64,000 bases of DNA from Candidatus Daviesbacteria bacterium (GTDB lineage: Bacteria > Patescibacteriota > Microgenomatia > Daviesbacterales > UBA10151): the NCBI GenBank assembly GCA_016184225.1, contig JACPDA010000004.1, positions 602,763-666,762 of the forward strand, in the 5' to 3' direction. A model generated the notes under the pieces. That model did not search any database. It was given only the letters and a program-made list of their open reading frames with translations, and was not told the origin of the DNA. The stretch's first letter is position 1. The number at the start of each line of letters is the position of its first letter. Below, piece after piece: positions 63,900 through 64,000 of this stretch. The translations under genes were made by a program, and so were the position numbers.

Positions 63900-64000
63900 C
63901 TTAAAAGGTGTAAAATTAGCTGTATGAACACCCGAAAAATTTTAGGAGGCATGGGTTTCCTTGATGAGGGAGAATTTGAAAAAGAAACTTCGTCAGCTAT

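Overview
Low-GC (~40%) bacterial chromosomal window, compact and gene-dense, probably from a small-genome lineage. Encoded G-1 on tRNA-His, MurT/GatD, DUF378/DUF2905/DUF2795, RAYT-like YCLMPNHFH transposases and a short transketolase-transaldolase sugar module suggest Patescibacteria/CPR; this is inference only. Supported content: CorA; TypA/BipA; a sugar cluster of ROK glucokinase, glutamate dehydrogenase, transketolase, transaldolase and two cupins, one of them an archaeal-type cupin phosphoglucose isomerase; guanylate kinase; tRNA-dihydrouridine synthase; a DEAD-box helicase; a Y-family polymerase (dinB) carrying GC-rich in-frame insertions; a UXS-like SDR; formate-THF ligase; an ECF sigma factor with a DUF5667-like partner; a Fic protein; an S41 peptidase; a PQQ-type sugar dehydrogenase; GT39-like glycosyltransferases; a cell-envelope operon; TspO; a GIY-YIG nuclease; GlmS; the MurT/GatD pair; and 14 tRNAs. 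The accessory signal is a set of small DNA repeats rather than a classical operon system. (1) Two IS200/RAYT-like tyrosine transposase genes, each flanked by cognate hairpins, with at least five solo copies of the same hairpin family, some in frame inside genes. (2) A roughly 75-nt bipartite element built from heptanucleotide tandem repeats, present three times: directly before the dinB ATG, directly before the gatD ATG, and in frame inside gatD. Related 7-mer arrays lie in frame in tkt, a GH5-like gene and murT. (3) Five copies of a 15-17-nt palindrome, CCCGATTAAATCGGG. (4) A tRNA-Arg-associated islet bounded by a 17-bp direct repeat and containing a duplicated 3' fragment of fhs. (5) A Fic gene bracketed by inverted and direct GC-rich repeats. 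No CRISPR array, rRNA or prophage was seen. All calls rest on motif reading by eye with no database search.
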